Of a DNA stretch of 64,000 bases, positions 51,040 to 64,000 are shown piece by piece. Positions within the stretch are counted from its first letter, which is position 1. Each line of letters starts with the position of its first letter. A program made the position numbers and the translations under genes. Where the stretch lies: the NCBI RefSeq assembly GCF_006345805.1, contig NC_043005.1, positions 31,124,001 to 31,188,000 on the forward strand. The letters run 5' to 3'. Source of the stretch: Octopus sinensis (taxonomy: Eukaryota). The notes beneath the pieces are model-generated. The model was not told the origin of the DNA. It did not search any database and saw only the letters and a program-made list of their open reading frames with translations.

Positions 51040-51700
51040 AATTGATTAGCATATCCCAAATATTACATCAGAACTTTCTAGCTTCTTCTGCATTAGGTAT
51101 CTCATCTTTAGTACTTCGTTCTCCACTATTTATTTGGTTATAAAATCTCCTCTTGTCTGTCTCAAATAATCTATTCTCATTATACTGCTCTATTCTTTTC
51201 TCATATCTGGAAAGCTTACCTGCTACTGCTATGATACACTGTTTCAACTCTTCTATGATTGTCTAAAATTATTTCTCTTTGACTAAGTATTTTTCTCAAG
51301 ATAAGATTTAAATGTTTCCTAATTTGTTCAGTTTCGAAACTTCTATTCTACTCAGATCTTGGTTTGAGTCTTTTGTTATATAAGTTTTTGTATTGTGTGT
51401 TGTTTGTGCAGTGCAGCTTTTGTTCTATTGGGTATCGGACTTCTATGGCACATGTTATGGGCTTTGTTCAATTTATTGTGTATTTAGTGTATGAGTTTAT
51501 TCCCGTATATTTTTGGAGGAGTGTTGCATAATACTGCGTGTAAATCATAAGTCAACCATTTCAAAGTATTCATGGTTATCTGTCCATCGTTCTTTATTTT
51601 TTCTTTTGGTTGATTTTGATATGAGACCGTCTTTACAGGTGTTGAAAGTTTGATAATTTTCAGAATTTTCAACCAATTAGAAAACAGCGCGTTCGCTACC
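51040..51700 (-). mobile_element. Old R4/Dong relic (region N-terminal to RT)
   Basis: KLSRYEKRIEQYNENRLFETDKRRFYNQ..PNAEEARKF*CNIW parallels the start of the 52285 element. Confidence 0.6.
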
Positions 51701-52160
51701 TCTTCCATCATCGGGGGCGGGGGTGGGGTCATCGGCATGTCAAAACATTGCTATTTCCCTTATACCTGCACACACATACACATATATACTCACACAGAGT
51801 TGAAACGCTCCCACTGACAGTTTGTCATAACCTCTTCCTTCCTTATTCATTTATCACCCCTTCCTTTCTCATTCATATGTTGTGACGGAGAAAAGCAGAA
51901 AAGCACAAGAGTATTATTATAGTAAGAAAATTATCTTTCTCGTATCACCTTCTCCTCTTTGTGCGCATGCGAAACCTCTTTGGTTACTATGGAAACAGAG
52001 CTTTTCGCCACAGTGATGTGTAAAATACTCTCTTCTGATCGGCTAAAATACCCAAATTCTTGAAGCATGTCCAGTAAACAAGTGTCGCCTTAGTCTGCCG
52101 GCTGTGGACAGCTGACACTTTCCATCATACCCAGGAAATTAAGCTGTGAGGTTTCATTAC

Positions 52161-52223
52161 ATAACAACAACAACAACAACAACAACAACAGCAATAATAA
52201 AAGTAGTAGTAGTAGTAGTAGTA

Positions 52224-52284
<61 letters not shown>
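52161..52284. repeat. Compound (AAC)n-(AGT)n-(AAT)n microsatellite
   Basis: Seen directly; its (AAT)n block abuts the Dong-like insertion. Confidence 0.95.
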
Positions 52285-52285
<1 letters not shown>

Positions 52286-54926
52286 GCCAACGCTTCTTTG
52301 AACAAAACAAAAAGTTCAACTCTAACCCCAAAAAGTTCTACCAAGAACTGGGAAAAAATAAAATAGAAGTCACTGCAGCACCAACGGCAGAAGAATTGGA
52401 AGAATTCTGGGGAGAAATATGGTCGGCGAACGAACCACCAAAAAAAAAGGAGTATCAGAATAACAAACTCGGCATCTGAACAACTTTGGACCCCCATAAC
52501 AACTGAAGAGGTCACCCAGGCACTGCAAAGACTAAGCAACTGGAAGGCACCTGGGCATGACAAGATCCCCAACTTCTGGTTGAAATATCTAACAGGAATG
52601 CACAAAAAGCTGGCTGAAAACTTTAACAAAGTACTAGCAGAGCCAGAGACAATGCCTGAATGGCTCACGAAGGGGAAAACCATCTTAATTCCCAAATCAA
52701 ATGAAACAGAAAAACCAGAAAACTACAGACCAATAACCTGCCTCCCTACTATGTTCAAGGCATTTACTGCAGTGATATCACAAAGGCTGAACAAGCACCT
52801 GGACGAAAACAAACTGTTCCCAGAAGAGCAGAAAGGATGCCGCAAAGGCTCATATGGCTGTAAAGATCAACTAATGATTAATAAAGCCATAACTGAAGAC
52901 AGCCACAGAAAGAAGAAAGGCCTCAGTATGGCCTGGATTGACTACAAAAAGGCGTTTGATAGCATCCCCCACACATGGATCCTCGAAACACTAGCCATTA
53001 ACAAAGTAGCACCAACAATCATAAAATTCATAGAGCACTCTATGAATAAATGGCAAACAGTCCTACACCTCCAAACAAAAGAGGGACTCATGAAAACCAA
53101 AGACATCCCCATTAGAAGAGGAATATTCCAGGGAGACACGCTCTCTCCACTCCTTTTCTGCTTGGCACTGTCACCTCTATCTGATATGCTAAATAGAACT
53201 GGATGCGGATATATATGTTACGGCAAAACGATCAGCCACCTTTTATATATGGATGACCTAAAACTATACGCTGCAAATGACAAACAGCTGGAAACACTAT
53301 TAAAGACAGTTCATGGATTTACCAAAGAAATAGATATGAAATTTGGATTAGAAAAATGCGCCAAAGTAACCATGAAAAGAGAAAAACTAGTTAAGAGTAA
53401 CAACATCACACTAGATAAAACCAAGGAAATAAAAGAATTAGACCAAAGCCAAACTTACAAATACTTAGGAATCCATGAACTAGATAAGACACAACACACA
53501 CAAATGAAAGAGAAAATAAAAAAAGAATATTATAGACGAGTTAGATCAATACTAAACACAGAGCTCAATGCTAAAAACAAGATAATAGGTATCAACACTT
53601 TAGCTGTCCCAGTTATAAGTTACAGCTACAATATCCTTAACTGGACACGAAATGAACTGACCAAAATAGATAGGAAAACAAGAAAAATAATGACAGGATC
53701 TAGGATGCATCACCCAAAATCTGACATAGAAAGACTATATATACAACGTATAGAAGGTGGTAGAGGCCTTATACAGCTGGAAAACTACTATAAAATAACC
53801 ACCATAGGACTGCAAAAATATCTACTTCAGAAGGAAGGAAAACTGATCCAGATAGCGGCAAAACACGAGCAAAACAAAAAACTGTTCTCAGTATTTAAGG
53901 AAGCTGACAAATACAAACAATAAATCATACCACCTAATAAACACGAAGAAAAAGAAGAAGATGAAGAAACAACAAAAGCTATAAAACAAATGAAATCCAA
54001 ACTAAAAATAGAACAGCAACGAACCATGATAAAACGATGGCAAGAAAAGCCCCTTCATGGTAAATACTGGACTAAACTAAACGCAAAAGAAATAGACAAA
54101 GAAAAATCCCAGCAATGGTTGAGAAGCTCAGGACTCAAAGCAGAAACAGAGGGATTTTTAATTGCAGCACAAGACCAAAGCCTCCCCACCAGAAATTACC
54201 AAAAACATGTAATGAAAAGAAATATAACAAGTAACTGCAGAATATGTGGAGATGGACAAGAAACAATAAATCATATTATCTCTTGCTGCCCAGTCTTGGC
54301 TAAGGAGGAATATATTCACAGACATGACAGAGTTGGAACCTACATACATTGGAAGCTATGCCAACATTATGGAATAACAACAGAAAAAAGATGGTATAGG
54401 CACGCACCAGAAAAGGTCACAGAAAACGAGAAAGCAACCATACTCTGGGATATGCCGATACACACAGATAGAGAAATTAAGGCCAACAGACCAGATATAG
54501 TTGTCAGAGATCATGAAGAAAAAAAATGCTTTCTAATTGATGTATCAATACCGGCTGATGACAACGTGTCTCTAAAAGAAATGGAGAAACTCTCAAAATA
54601 CAAAGACCTGGAAATAGAGGTAACTAGAATGTGGAATCTGAAAACAGAAACAATTCCTATCATAGTAGGTGCATTAGGCATGATAAAAAAATATTCAGAC
54701 AAATACATAACAAAAACACCAGGACTTACAAACACATATAACATACAGAAAATTGCACTACTAGGCACTGCACACATCCTACGCAGAACACTTTCCATAC
54801 AATAACCATCAGAGCATCACAACAAATCACAGCACATACCCAAGGCACACAGAGCTGTGCTCGGTAGTGAAGTGAAAGCACGCTATAAAAATAAAACTAC
54901 TGAATAATAATAATAATAATAATAAT
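52285..54926 (+). mobile_element. 5'-truncated R4/Dong-clade RLE non-LTR retrotransposon, nearly intact RT plus CCHC/RLE
   Basis: KAPG.D, YRPITCL, DYKKAFD, QGDTLSP, YMDD, YKYLG; CRIC..ETINHIISC; RHD..RPDIV..LIDV..K..KY. One stop at 53921 and one 5' frameshift; flanked by (AAT)n on both sides. Confidence 0.93.
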
Positions 54927-55384
54927 TTCAAATGTGAGCCCAAGGCCAGAAATGTCTTCTAGAAATAATCTATCTAGGATTACATTGTCATAGATGCACC
55001 TGTTTACTTCTCTTTTTAAGAGGCTAGGGTGTGATTTGAAGATGTGGCTGCTATTTCTATCAGGTTGAGCTTCTATGTTATTATTTCTACTTGGATTGGA
55101 TGGATCACTAGAGCTGCAGGTAAAAGGAATTCAGGCATTTTAAACACATTCCTTTATATTTATGAATTCAGTCATAACGAGATCAAGTTTGTTTTCCGTC
55201 TTTCAGGAGTCAATAAAGTAAAGTACCAATAAATATACTACAGTCGACTTAATTGACCTCATCCGCGTTCTTCAATTTGTTTTTAGGCTTGTGAGGAACC
55301 ATTATATTACCCTTCTTTATGCTACATTTTCTTACAGAGTTATATTATCACATAAATACAATTCAAAATAAACAAAACACTTAC

Positions 55385-56366
55385 CTGAATATGGAGCATT
55401 TTCATCCCAAGCTGCCCACATCTGACACACAAAAAACGGTGACCAACATATAAAGTAACAGGCAACCACACTTAAAGTTAGAGCCACAGACCGGACTTTG
55501 GCTCGAGAAATTCCTCTGTTGTAATTGACGCTTTGTCCTTCCATATCCTCTTCGGAAAACCCTCGAGTTAAATGGTTTTGACCAATACGTGTAGACACAC
55601 GATTCGTGAGAAAAGATCTATTTCGTGTTCGGGAACTGCCCAAAGTAGAACGTCCTCTTTTCCATACAGCAAAGCACATCATTCCATAAAACAGAGTCAG
55701 TGCTATTGTTGGTAAAATCCAAATCGCGACTGTTAACCAAGTGATATAAAATTTCAGAGTCCATTCTGGGTCAAAGGTCGCCTGACAAGTCAATCCAATA
55801 TTTGAGAATTGCATGCTCCATATGAAGAGTTGCGGAGTACTGAAGAGAAATGATAACATCCAGGCAATGAAAACCATGACGTGTACTCTGGCAGTTGTCC
55901 ACTTGTGACTTGATAAAGGGTGACATATAGCAAAATAACGGTCAATAGCTGTTGCCACAAGGACATAGCTCGATGCATACATAGCTACGCTTTGTAAGTA
56001 AGTAACGAGACGACACAGTAAATCAGTTCCAAGAAATAAAAATGTAATGTCCCAAATCATCTGCGGCAAATTATTAAAGAAGGCGACGAAGAGGTCAGTT
56101 ACAGACAGGTGTAAAATAAACAGGTGCATTCGTGTCAGTTTCTTTCTACGCTGGAACAATGTTATTAAAACAATACTATTACCTATAACTGTAATTATTA
56201 TAACAACAGCCAACGTAATAACTTCAGCATTAGCCAGGTCTTGATTACGTCTTATGGGCTGAGTTTCATTTTTTGCTGCGGAAAAGTTACTCCATATTTC
56301 GGTTGATGAGAAATTATTCCAAATTTGCGTCGATATTTCATTTGGATGTGTAGTAATGTACCTCAT
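55385..56366 (-). CDS. CTR1: Cephalotocin receptor 1 (oxytocin/vasopressin-family class A GPCR), coding exon 1 (N-terminus to ECL3)
   Basis: ATG at 56366 (MRYITTHP). Contains the RRNQDLANAE N-terminal OT/VP-receptor motif, N-glycosylation sequons (NFS x2, NET), TM1-TM6, DRY, CWSPFF and the ECL1/ECL2 cysteines. Ends TATTCAG|GTAAGT (canonical donor, phase 1). The ORF-track start at 56429 is a TTG. The protein matches my recollection of Octopus CTR1; not database-checked. Confidence 0.95.
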
Positions 56367-56590
56367 TGCTGCTTTAATTTTATTAAAATAATTCTCTGTT
56401 GATACGTTAACAAAATTTGTTATTTTCAAATTCTACAAATCGCTTTTGTAGTGTTGTAAACAGAATATTGCCAGATGAAATAAACCACAACATTGTACAG
56501 ATAATCTGTGTGTGTGTGTGTGTATGTGTGTGTGTGTGTGTGTGTGTGCTTGTGTGTCCTTGTGTGTATGTGTATGTGTGTATGTTTATG

Positions 56591-56625
<35 letters not shown>

Positions 56626-56922
56626 TATATATGTATCTTTACGTACATTATGTGTGTGTGTCTGTGGTTTTATTCAATCACCTCCAAGTGGTAAAATAGA
56701 TGGTCGAGGAAGTATAAAATTCCGCTCTTGATGTATGAATTTGCTGTATACAACCAGGAACTGAGGAATTGTATCAATACAGTTGTGTAAATAGATAATC
56801 CGTGTTTCGTTGAAGCAACGATGCCTGAAAAATGCAATAAATAATTATACGATAATCGAAATATTCCTTTATTCCATAAATATATATATATATATACATA
56901 CAAGAAAATCATCATTATTGCA

Positions 56923-56958
<36 letters not shown>

Positions 56959-57379
56959 ATTTATCTATCTATCTGTCTGTATATATATGTGTATATATAC
57001 ATATGTGTGTGTGTGTGTGTGTATTGCAGCAATGATGATCTTTTGTTCTCATTACTGTTGTTATAATTATTGGAAAAATTATCTCTTAAGCGAACAACAT
57101 ACAGACTTTCCCATACACACTCTCCCCTACACATTCAGACACTCACTCATTACCCCCCCCCCTTACATATATTAATATAATGCAGCCCTAATAGAGCATT
57201 AAAAGCGGATAATGTTTCCAAATATTGCAACAAAAACATAAAATTGACAATTAGAAAGAACGACGAAGTTGAATTGAATGAGATTTGAAGGTAAAAGATA
57301 AGGGATTCTGACTCAATGGAGCGTGGCATTTTATCTGAATATTTTCCCAATCCACAACCAACACTGATGATTCCTACAC

Positions 57380-57410
57380 CTGCAAAATTAAATTTTGAAA
57401 GAGAAGAAAC
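57380..57410 (-). promoter_or_regulatory. Candidate 3' splice site for a long 5'-UTR-containing CTR1 exon
   Basis: Minus strand TTTCTTCTCTTTCAAAATTTAATTTTGCAG|G, a pyrimidine tract plus CAG about 1 kb upstream of the ATG. No upstream donor identified. Confidence 0.3.
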
Positions 57411-60355
57411 AAAGGTAAATGGTAAAATGTTAGCTCTGTAGCTTTAACAGGGAGGCTGTTACACTTTATGAATTAGTTCCAACAAAATTTAAGAGGTAGA
57501 CCAAACCCCAGTCTCGAGAAAATTTCGGACAGAACAAAATGATTTGTGAATCATAAATTAAGAGTACATATCCTCAATCGCTGTTCTGTTTAGATCAGAG
57601 TATTTTATTTAACATTTATTTGCTTATTAAGCATTCAGAACTGCATATCAAATCTTTAGGATAATTATTTCCTGTTAAGAAGGCAATATTATCTCATTCA
57701 CTTGATACTAACCAAAAGCTAAATGATCTCCATGTTTCATGACCCTCAATGGTTTGGAAAGAGATATCTATAGAGGGAAAGTGACCAAAAGGTATATTGC
57801 AGTGTTACTTTCTTAGTAAGTGTATAACCTGTATGAGTTAGTAGTTAGCATCTATGCCTTGGATAGTAAGATTCGAAACCAAGGCGCAGAACTCGGCCAC
57901 GTATCACACATTATTCAATGCATAGTACACCATGAAATATATACGACGAATTTATCAGATAATTTATTTCGCCTTATCAATCTATTAGTCTGCCAAGCTC
58001 TCTTTCATTATATCTATCGAATCTTTTCTGTTTGACTCATACTTTTTAAACTTTTTAAATGAAGTGAAAATGTTCAAATTTTGTACATTGATGTAGTTTT
58101 TCACGTTGTTATTCAGTTGTTTCAGAAAATCTTTAGAAAAATGTTACAGAGGTTTAAAGTTTGATTATTTTTACCCAATCAGAAAACAGGATTTGGAAGC
58201 AGATATGTGACAAAACAATCAACGATGGAAGTTTTAATAAGCATTAATATTTTTTTTTTGCGAGGCATGTAAACAATAGGAAAAGGAAAAATTCTCAATG
58301 AAATATTTTGCCAAGTTTTTACAAAAATACAACAAAAAACAAAACAAAGCAAAACAGAACAAACTGGATGTTAATTACGAAAAAACAAGCTGTAGTTCAG
58401 TTCATCAAGAATCGACTGACGTATGTATTCCTTCAATCTGCCGCGATTCCGACATGGTACTGCATAAAGTAAAACATGCATCGTATCGAGACACACCTCT
58501 TAAAAAAACAAAACAAAAAAAAAAAAAACACTGCACAAGCAGCAACCTTCCTCAGTTTTATTTACGCCTTGAGAAGACTGTTTCGTATATCCCAACAATC
58601 TTTCCTGGAGCACCAATCTGAACTGAGTTGCGGAGCAGATCCTCCGTACGTAGTCGACGAATATAGCTGTTGTAAGCTACAGCTGTGCAGTGGCAAGCAG
58701 ACAAAACCTTGGCTTGTTACTATGATAACAGATACACATGTGTCAGTGGCTTTCGATTTCCCCAAAACTTGAAAACTTTTCGAATTACCAAAAATTTGGA
58801 AACATTAAAAACTATCAAGTATCTTTTCCTAATTAAAATACCAAACTACATCAATACACCAAATTTGAAACAAAATTGAATGAATTGAAAAGTGTGGATC
58901 AATTTATGTTACTAAATTTCTTAATAACTAATGTTGATTAAATAAAAACTAGTAGGGTATAATTATTTCCTTATTTGATTTTAAAACATTAAGATTTAAA
59001 ATTTAAAATCATTTTAAAGAATAGCATTCTTGTTATTCCTAAATAAGGAAATAATATACCCTACTAGTTTTTATTTAATCAACATTAGTTATTAAGAAAT
59101 TTAGTAACATAAATAAATTAAATGAAGTTGAATAAAATCTTTTTAAATTTCTATAATTATTACATAAATTCTATATATCTAATAAAATTATTAAGTTGTA
59201 TATCTAATTCACAATAAGTTTTAAAGAATTGGTAATTTCCATATCTATTTCTGCAAGAATTCTACTCCACCTAATTCGTTTTTTTTTCCTTTTTTTAAAT
59301 ATAAATATTACCTCTGACTAACCTAAGTTATTATGCCTCATAAAAACCACACTTCATTCTTAAATACTAAATTTAAATATTCCTAATTCTAGGAACCTAC
59401 ATCTTGGTTGCCCCCCTTCCATTATATTTTAAAGTTTTTGATATGTGTGCCAATTAATACCTTATTTACTAGAAATATTCTGATAAAAAAGCTCTTCTAA
59501 ATCCCCTTAATTAATATTCAAAACCTGATAAAGAATAGATTATAATATTTAGGTTATTTGGTTTCTATTTCTACAAAACAACCCCACCTTCATGATCTTT
59601 GTATGTATTAGTAAGCTTTTAAAATGGATTTTAAATAAAGAAAATGAAAATATTTTACAAGTACCAATTAATAAATATAAATTATCATATTCTCCTAGAC
59701 ACTCACATACATACGTAGCACATGAATACAAACATACATACATACCTACGTATGGGCATACACACGTACATACGCACGTACATGTACGCACACACATACA
59801 TGGGCACATGCATACGAGCGCGTATACATACATACGCACATGCGTACGTATGTACATACATACATACATACATACATACATACATACATACATACATACA
59901 TACATACATACATACATACATACGCACATACATACATACGAACAATAGTAAAACATTAGTTCTGTGATATAGAGATAAAAATCTGATAATAGATTTTAGG
60001 GTATAGTTCTTGTGAGCAAGCGTCATAAATTCACTTTCTAGCCTCGGCCGTAGGGAGTTGAAATTTGATAGCGTTGTGATGAGTGGTCACTCTACATCCA
60101 TCCATCGCTACAGGTTTATAGCTTTATGTTTTATAGAGTGTATGTGCGTGCTTATACACACACATACATATATACATACATACATACATACATACATACA
60201 TACATACATACATACATACATACATACATACATACATGCATACACAGGCGTATGTGCGTACATGCATACGTACATACATACACACATGTATGCATACATA
60301 CATACACACATACATACGTACATATATATGACGAACTAACTGTTACTTTCTTAGA

Positions 60356-60496
60356 TGCAGCACGGACTTTGTCAGTGAACAGGTCGCGGATTTTAGCGAC
60401 GAAAATATTTTGACAAATTAAACTTAAATGTTGGAGTGAATCGAACGGCTTTTGTGTGTTTCTTAAATGGCTTATAAACACCTTCCACGCTGCAAT
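60356..60496 (+). mobile_element. Solo 140-bp unit of the 8328-8606 palindrome
   Basis: Near-identical to the palindrome arms; ends TGCAGC..GCTGCA. Confidence 0.85.
60368..60417 (+). ncRNA. Type I hammerhead-like motif, family D (G3-C8)
   Basis: 7-bp stem I, GUGAACA core, 5-bp stem II, GAAA, palindromic AATATT stem III, UUU site. Confidence 0.65.
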
Positions 60497-60499
60497 AAT

Positions 60500-61776
60500 A
60501 ATAACTTTTTCTTAGATCTATAATAGAACTCAAAATTTTATAAAAGTCTTATTAATAATATAACTTTTAACCAATAGCTTGATCATTTCTTTACCCGATA
60601 TTAAACACTAGTCATTCATGACAACTCCCATGATAAGGAAATATTAATTTTAATCTCGAAATTATAAAATTATAATGTAATTATAAGAGATTTTCTTATA
60701 GCAGCTTACCTCACCTATTAATATAAATAAGCTAGGTATATTCTATAATAATTTTTTAGAACACAAATCTATTCTACCCCTTATCTACAATATTCTACAA
60801 TAACTTTATATTTATTTTTCAATTTACTTATTTAAATTCCTTCACTTTAATTTTAAACCATTTTATCTTACTCATTTACCCACTATATCATTTTACTGAT
60901 AATACATTTCTATTGAGTTCACACTTAACCTATACAGAACCATACTGATATAATTCCCTATCTATTTTATAACACAAGAAATATATTCTAAAGTCATTAG
61001 CCTGTAGAAAATATATGAAATGTTTAACATATTCCTTTAATTTATCTCATTAATACCAATAAATTACTATTTACTAATTAACTATAAATTTATATTAAAT
61101 TGATATAGAAAATTATATAAATATGAAATAATTTCTATATTCTCCATCCCTATATTGTGTAAAATACTAAAATTATTCTGATTCTTTGAAAAAACTCCCT
61201 AAAATGTACCTATTTATTTCAAATCACCATTAGGATTATGGCTGTTAAATGGTTGAGTATTATAAGTTTTCACTCCCCCTACCCCATCTACTTTAGCTTA
61301 CTAATTTTGGTTGAAATATATTCTACTTGACCCAAATAGTGTCTACTTCAAAGGGATCTTGACTTATGGCTCTGCCACTTAAACTGTCTTTTTCTCTATC
61401 TACAAAAGATAGATTCTTGTTTTCCACTAGACCTGATAAACTAGTCTATAAACTTAAATCCCCTCCCCCAGTAGTAAATCTAAACAACAAAGTAAAATCA
61501 ATGATAAGCAGTGTCTTCATGAAAAATATCAGTTACTACTATGTTTTTGTTGATGAAACTTGTTTCTCTGTCTACCTACTTACCCTTTTAGCGATTTTGG
61601 TTAATGGAATAAATATGAAAATGAATCTTTTAAATTTAACTAAATTCTATATTTGTATGCAGCTGAAGATTGCTCTACATTTTAAAACTCATGTAATACT
61701 TGCATTGTTCAATTAAATGGAGTCGCATGAAACGATCGTACGGCATTACCTCTGGATATCCTTGTTGCTTATTTTG

Positions 61777-61779
<3 letters not shown>
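60500..61779. mobile_element. Family C element, third copy (one terminus)
   Basis: Interior homologous to 41830-42890 (GATAAACTAGTCTATAA identical), followed by the hammerhead-bearing terminus and (TA)n. Confidence 0.7.
61658..61745 (+). ncRNA. Type I hammerhead-like motif, family C, copy 3
   Basis: Core, GAAA and ACGATCGT-A intact; one mismatch in stem I (CGGCA). Confidence 0.6.
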
Positions 61780-61857
<78 letters not shown>

Positions 61858-61871
61858 GTACGATCGTTTCA

Positions 61872-62064
61872 GACGAGCAGACAAGAGGTGTAAGTTTATA
61901 CAGCGATTTATTTCAGGCGTGAAATAGCAGTACAAAGGCCCGAGGCGGCGTGAGTGGCGAGCGTGGCAGGCGAGAGGGACACGATTTACATCAGTCGAGT
62001 GCCAGAAGAGGAGTAATCAAGATGAGTCATTTTCTTAGGTATATATATATATATACCTAATACA
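61872..62064 (-). mobile_element. Inverted duplicate of the first about 190 bp of the Gypsy LTR
   Basis: Matches 62592-62782 except two substitutions and one TA unit. Confidence 0.9.
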
Positions 62065-62088
62065 TATATATATATATATATATATATA

Positions 62089-62552
62089 TTCTCTCCAACG
62101 TCGTCGTGAGCGCTACATCATCTGCATGATGTGGAAAATATTCCATCAGCATTGCCCAAATGATGTTGGCATCACCTTTAAGGTACATCCAAGGCTTGGG
62201 CCCCGTGCCATCCGCCCAAAACAAAAATCGCACTCTCATCTCATAACAACAATACGGCACAATTATTTCACCTCAATTGGCCCCGCTCTCTTTAACATTA
62301 CACCAAAACACATTAAAACAGAAACTGACCCTATAGGGTTCAAGAAGTCTTTGGACAGATTCCTTCAAGAAATCCCGGATAAACCCTCTACACCCGGATA
62401 TGTCTCTGTAAACAATAACTCTCTACTTGAGTGGGCCATAGTGCCCAAATTCTGACTTGAAAGACTTCACCAGGTGGTGCTATTAAGTTAGACATGGCCT
62501 GGGCCAATAATGGCCGAAACCTATCAAAGTATCAAAGTATCAAAGTATCAAA

Positions 62553-62553
<1 letters not shown>
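62089..62553 (+). mobile_element. CR1/L2-group LINE 3' fragment with (TATCAAAG)x4 tail
   Basis: HPRLG..GPALFN..FKKSLDRFL..IPDKP..PGY..NSLL then stop and short-repeat tail. Confidence 0.7.
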
Positions 62554-62591
<38 letters not shown>

Positions 62592-62596
<5 letters not shown>

Positions 62597-63625
62597 TAGG
62601 TATATATATATATACCTAAGAAAATGACTCATCTTGATTACTCCTCTTCTGGCACTCGACTGAAATAAATCGTGTCCCTCTCGCCTGCCACGCTCGCCAC
62701 TCACGCCGCCTCGGGCCTTTGTACTGCTATTTCACGCCTGAAATAAATCGCTGTATAAACTTACACCTCTTGTCTGCTCGTCCTTTCAACTACTGCTTTC
62801 GTCTGTCCAGTTTTGCTGATTACGACCACAGTCCTTTTCAGGGCTAATTCAAGTCTGATCTGAATGCGATAACAGTCCTTTTTAGGACTATTCTCAGATC
62901 CGATCTAATTGCGATAACCGTCCTTTTTAGGACTATTTTTGGATCGGATCTGATTGCGATAACCGTCCTTTTAAGGGCTACCCTCAGATCAGACCAGAAG
63001 TAGTGGCCAAGAATCATACCCACTACAATTGGTGACCCCGACAACGAATCAAGCGAACAGCATATCAAGAATCAGCATGGGCACGCCAAAACCAACAACA
63101 GAGGCTAATATACCAACCACGCAAGCAGCTTTAACCATGAAGGTCCCGGTTTTTTGGTCCAACGACCCAGCCCTGTGGTTCGTCCACATAGAAGCACAAT
63201 TCGCCGCGAATAGAATCAAGCACGACTCTGCAAAACTCACGCACATCATTGGGTCAGTCCCACCAGAAGTATTGGCTGAGGTGAGAGACCTAGTCATGGC
63301 ACCGCCAGGCACGGTGTCGTACGAAGCTTTCCGCAAGGAATTAATAATGCAAACTACCGCATCACAGCAGAGACGACTCAACCAACTCGTATCTGCAGAA
63401 GAGTTGGGGGACAGAAAACCGTCCCAACTGCTGAGTAAAATGAGACAGCTGATGGAGGACCAACTGCTGTCAGAAGAGGTCCTGAAACGGCTTTTTCTAC
63501 AGCGCCTGCCCTTACCAATGCAGGGCATTCTGGCGTCGACCAACGACACAGCAACCCCGGAGGAACTTGCGCGTGTCGCAGACAGAATCGCAGATAGTAT
63601 ATGGTTGGTCATTGTGACCATTTAG
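62592..63625 (+). mobile_element. Gypsy LTR retrotransposon: 5' LTR (62592-63027), PBS and truncated gag
   Basis: LTR TGTA..TACA (436 bp). Gag KVPVFW..DPALWF..IEAQF..LGDRKPSQLL..LFLQRLP. No pol or 3' LTR. Confidence 0.88.
63030..63042 (+). promoter_or_regulatory. Primer-binding site, tRNA-Trp
   Basis: TGGTGACCCCGAC 2 nt after the LTR, complementary to the eukaryotic tRNA-Trp 3' end GTCGGGGTCACCA. Confidence 0.8.
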
Positions 63626-64000
63626 CATTGACCTAGTTTTTTTAATACAAAATCTAATTGCCAAATAGGAGTAAAGTCTAAGACAATATAATCCCCTTTC
63701 CACTTTAATTTTCTTTAGGAATAACCTCTGACATTTATTTCACCCCTACCTACTTCTATAAATAGAAAATCTCTTTTGTCTCCATTCAACTGAATATCCC
63801 TCCCCACTTTCTAGCAGTTCAAAATAACTTAAGAATATTCTTCAGTCAGAAGATAAATTCTAATACCTTAATGTTCTTAACCTTCAAATCAACATCTCTG
63901 TCTGTATATCTACCCTCTTTATAATGCTATCAATTAACATGAAAATAAGTATATGTATTGATGGAAAACCTCTATAAATGGCTGATGATTGCTCAACATT

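Noticed and set aside
55332-55384. Read-through into the intron giving a truncated 6-TM receptor
   Set aside because: A short open frame into an intron is expected by chance; no evidence of intronic polyadenylation or expression.
56367-56429. 21-aa N-terminal extension of CTR1 in the ORF track
   Set aside because: Begins at TTG; the first in-frame ATG (56366) gives the expected 397-aa receptor.
57400-58880. CTR1 promoter or first non-coding exon
   Set aside because: Unique sequence in a plausible position with a CRE-like TGACGTA, but no TSS, TATA box or donor can be supported from sequence alone.
62596-62619. TTAGG telomeric seed
   Set aside because: Single units forming part of the LTR palindrome; no telomeric array.

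Overview
Eukaryotic, AT-rich, microsatellite-rich DNA, almost certainly from an Octopus genome (inferred from the receptor sequence and SINE families). The only host protein-coding gene I can support is a two-coding-exon oxytocin/vasopressin-family GPCR on the minus strand, cephalotocin receptor 1 (CTR1-like, 397 aa). Its exons are 56366-55385 and 29603-29392, joined across a 25.8-kb phase-1 intron between TM6 and TM7. The rest is nested mobile DNA: R4/Dong RLE retrotransposons in (TAA)n, several Penelope-like elements (PLEs), RTE, CR1 and Tx1 LINE relics, a full-length dead mariner, a Chapaev3-like relic, a Helentron-type element, a Gypsy LTR+gag, tRNA-derived SINEs and a tRNA-Ser(UGA) gene or pseudogene. 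The most striking unannotated signal is about a dozen type I hammerhead-ribozyme-like motifs from at least seven unrelated repeat families. They sit in direct or inverted terminal repeats next to (TA)n. One family has a naturally swapped G3-C8 core pair, and four motifs lie on the sense strand of the CTR1 intron. All folds were made by eye, and no searches or folding software were run. Most ORFs in the supplied track are microsatellite artefacts.
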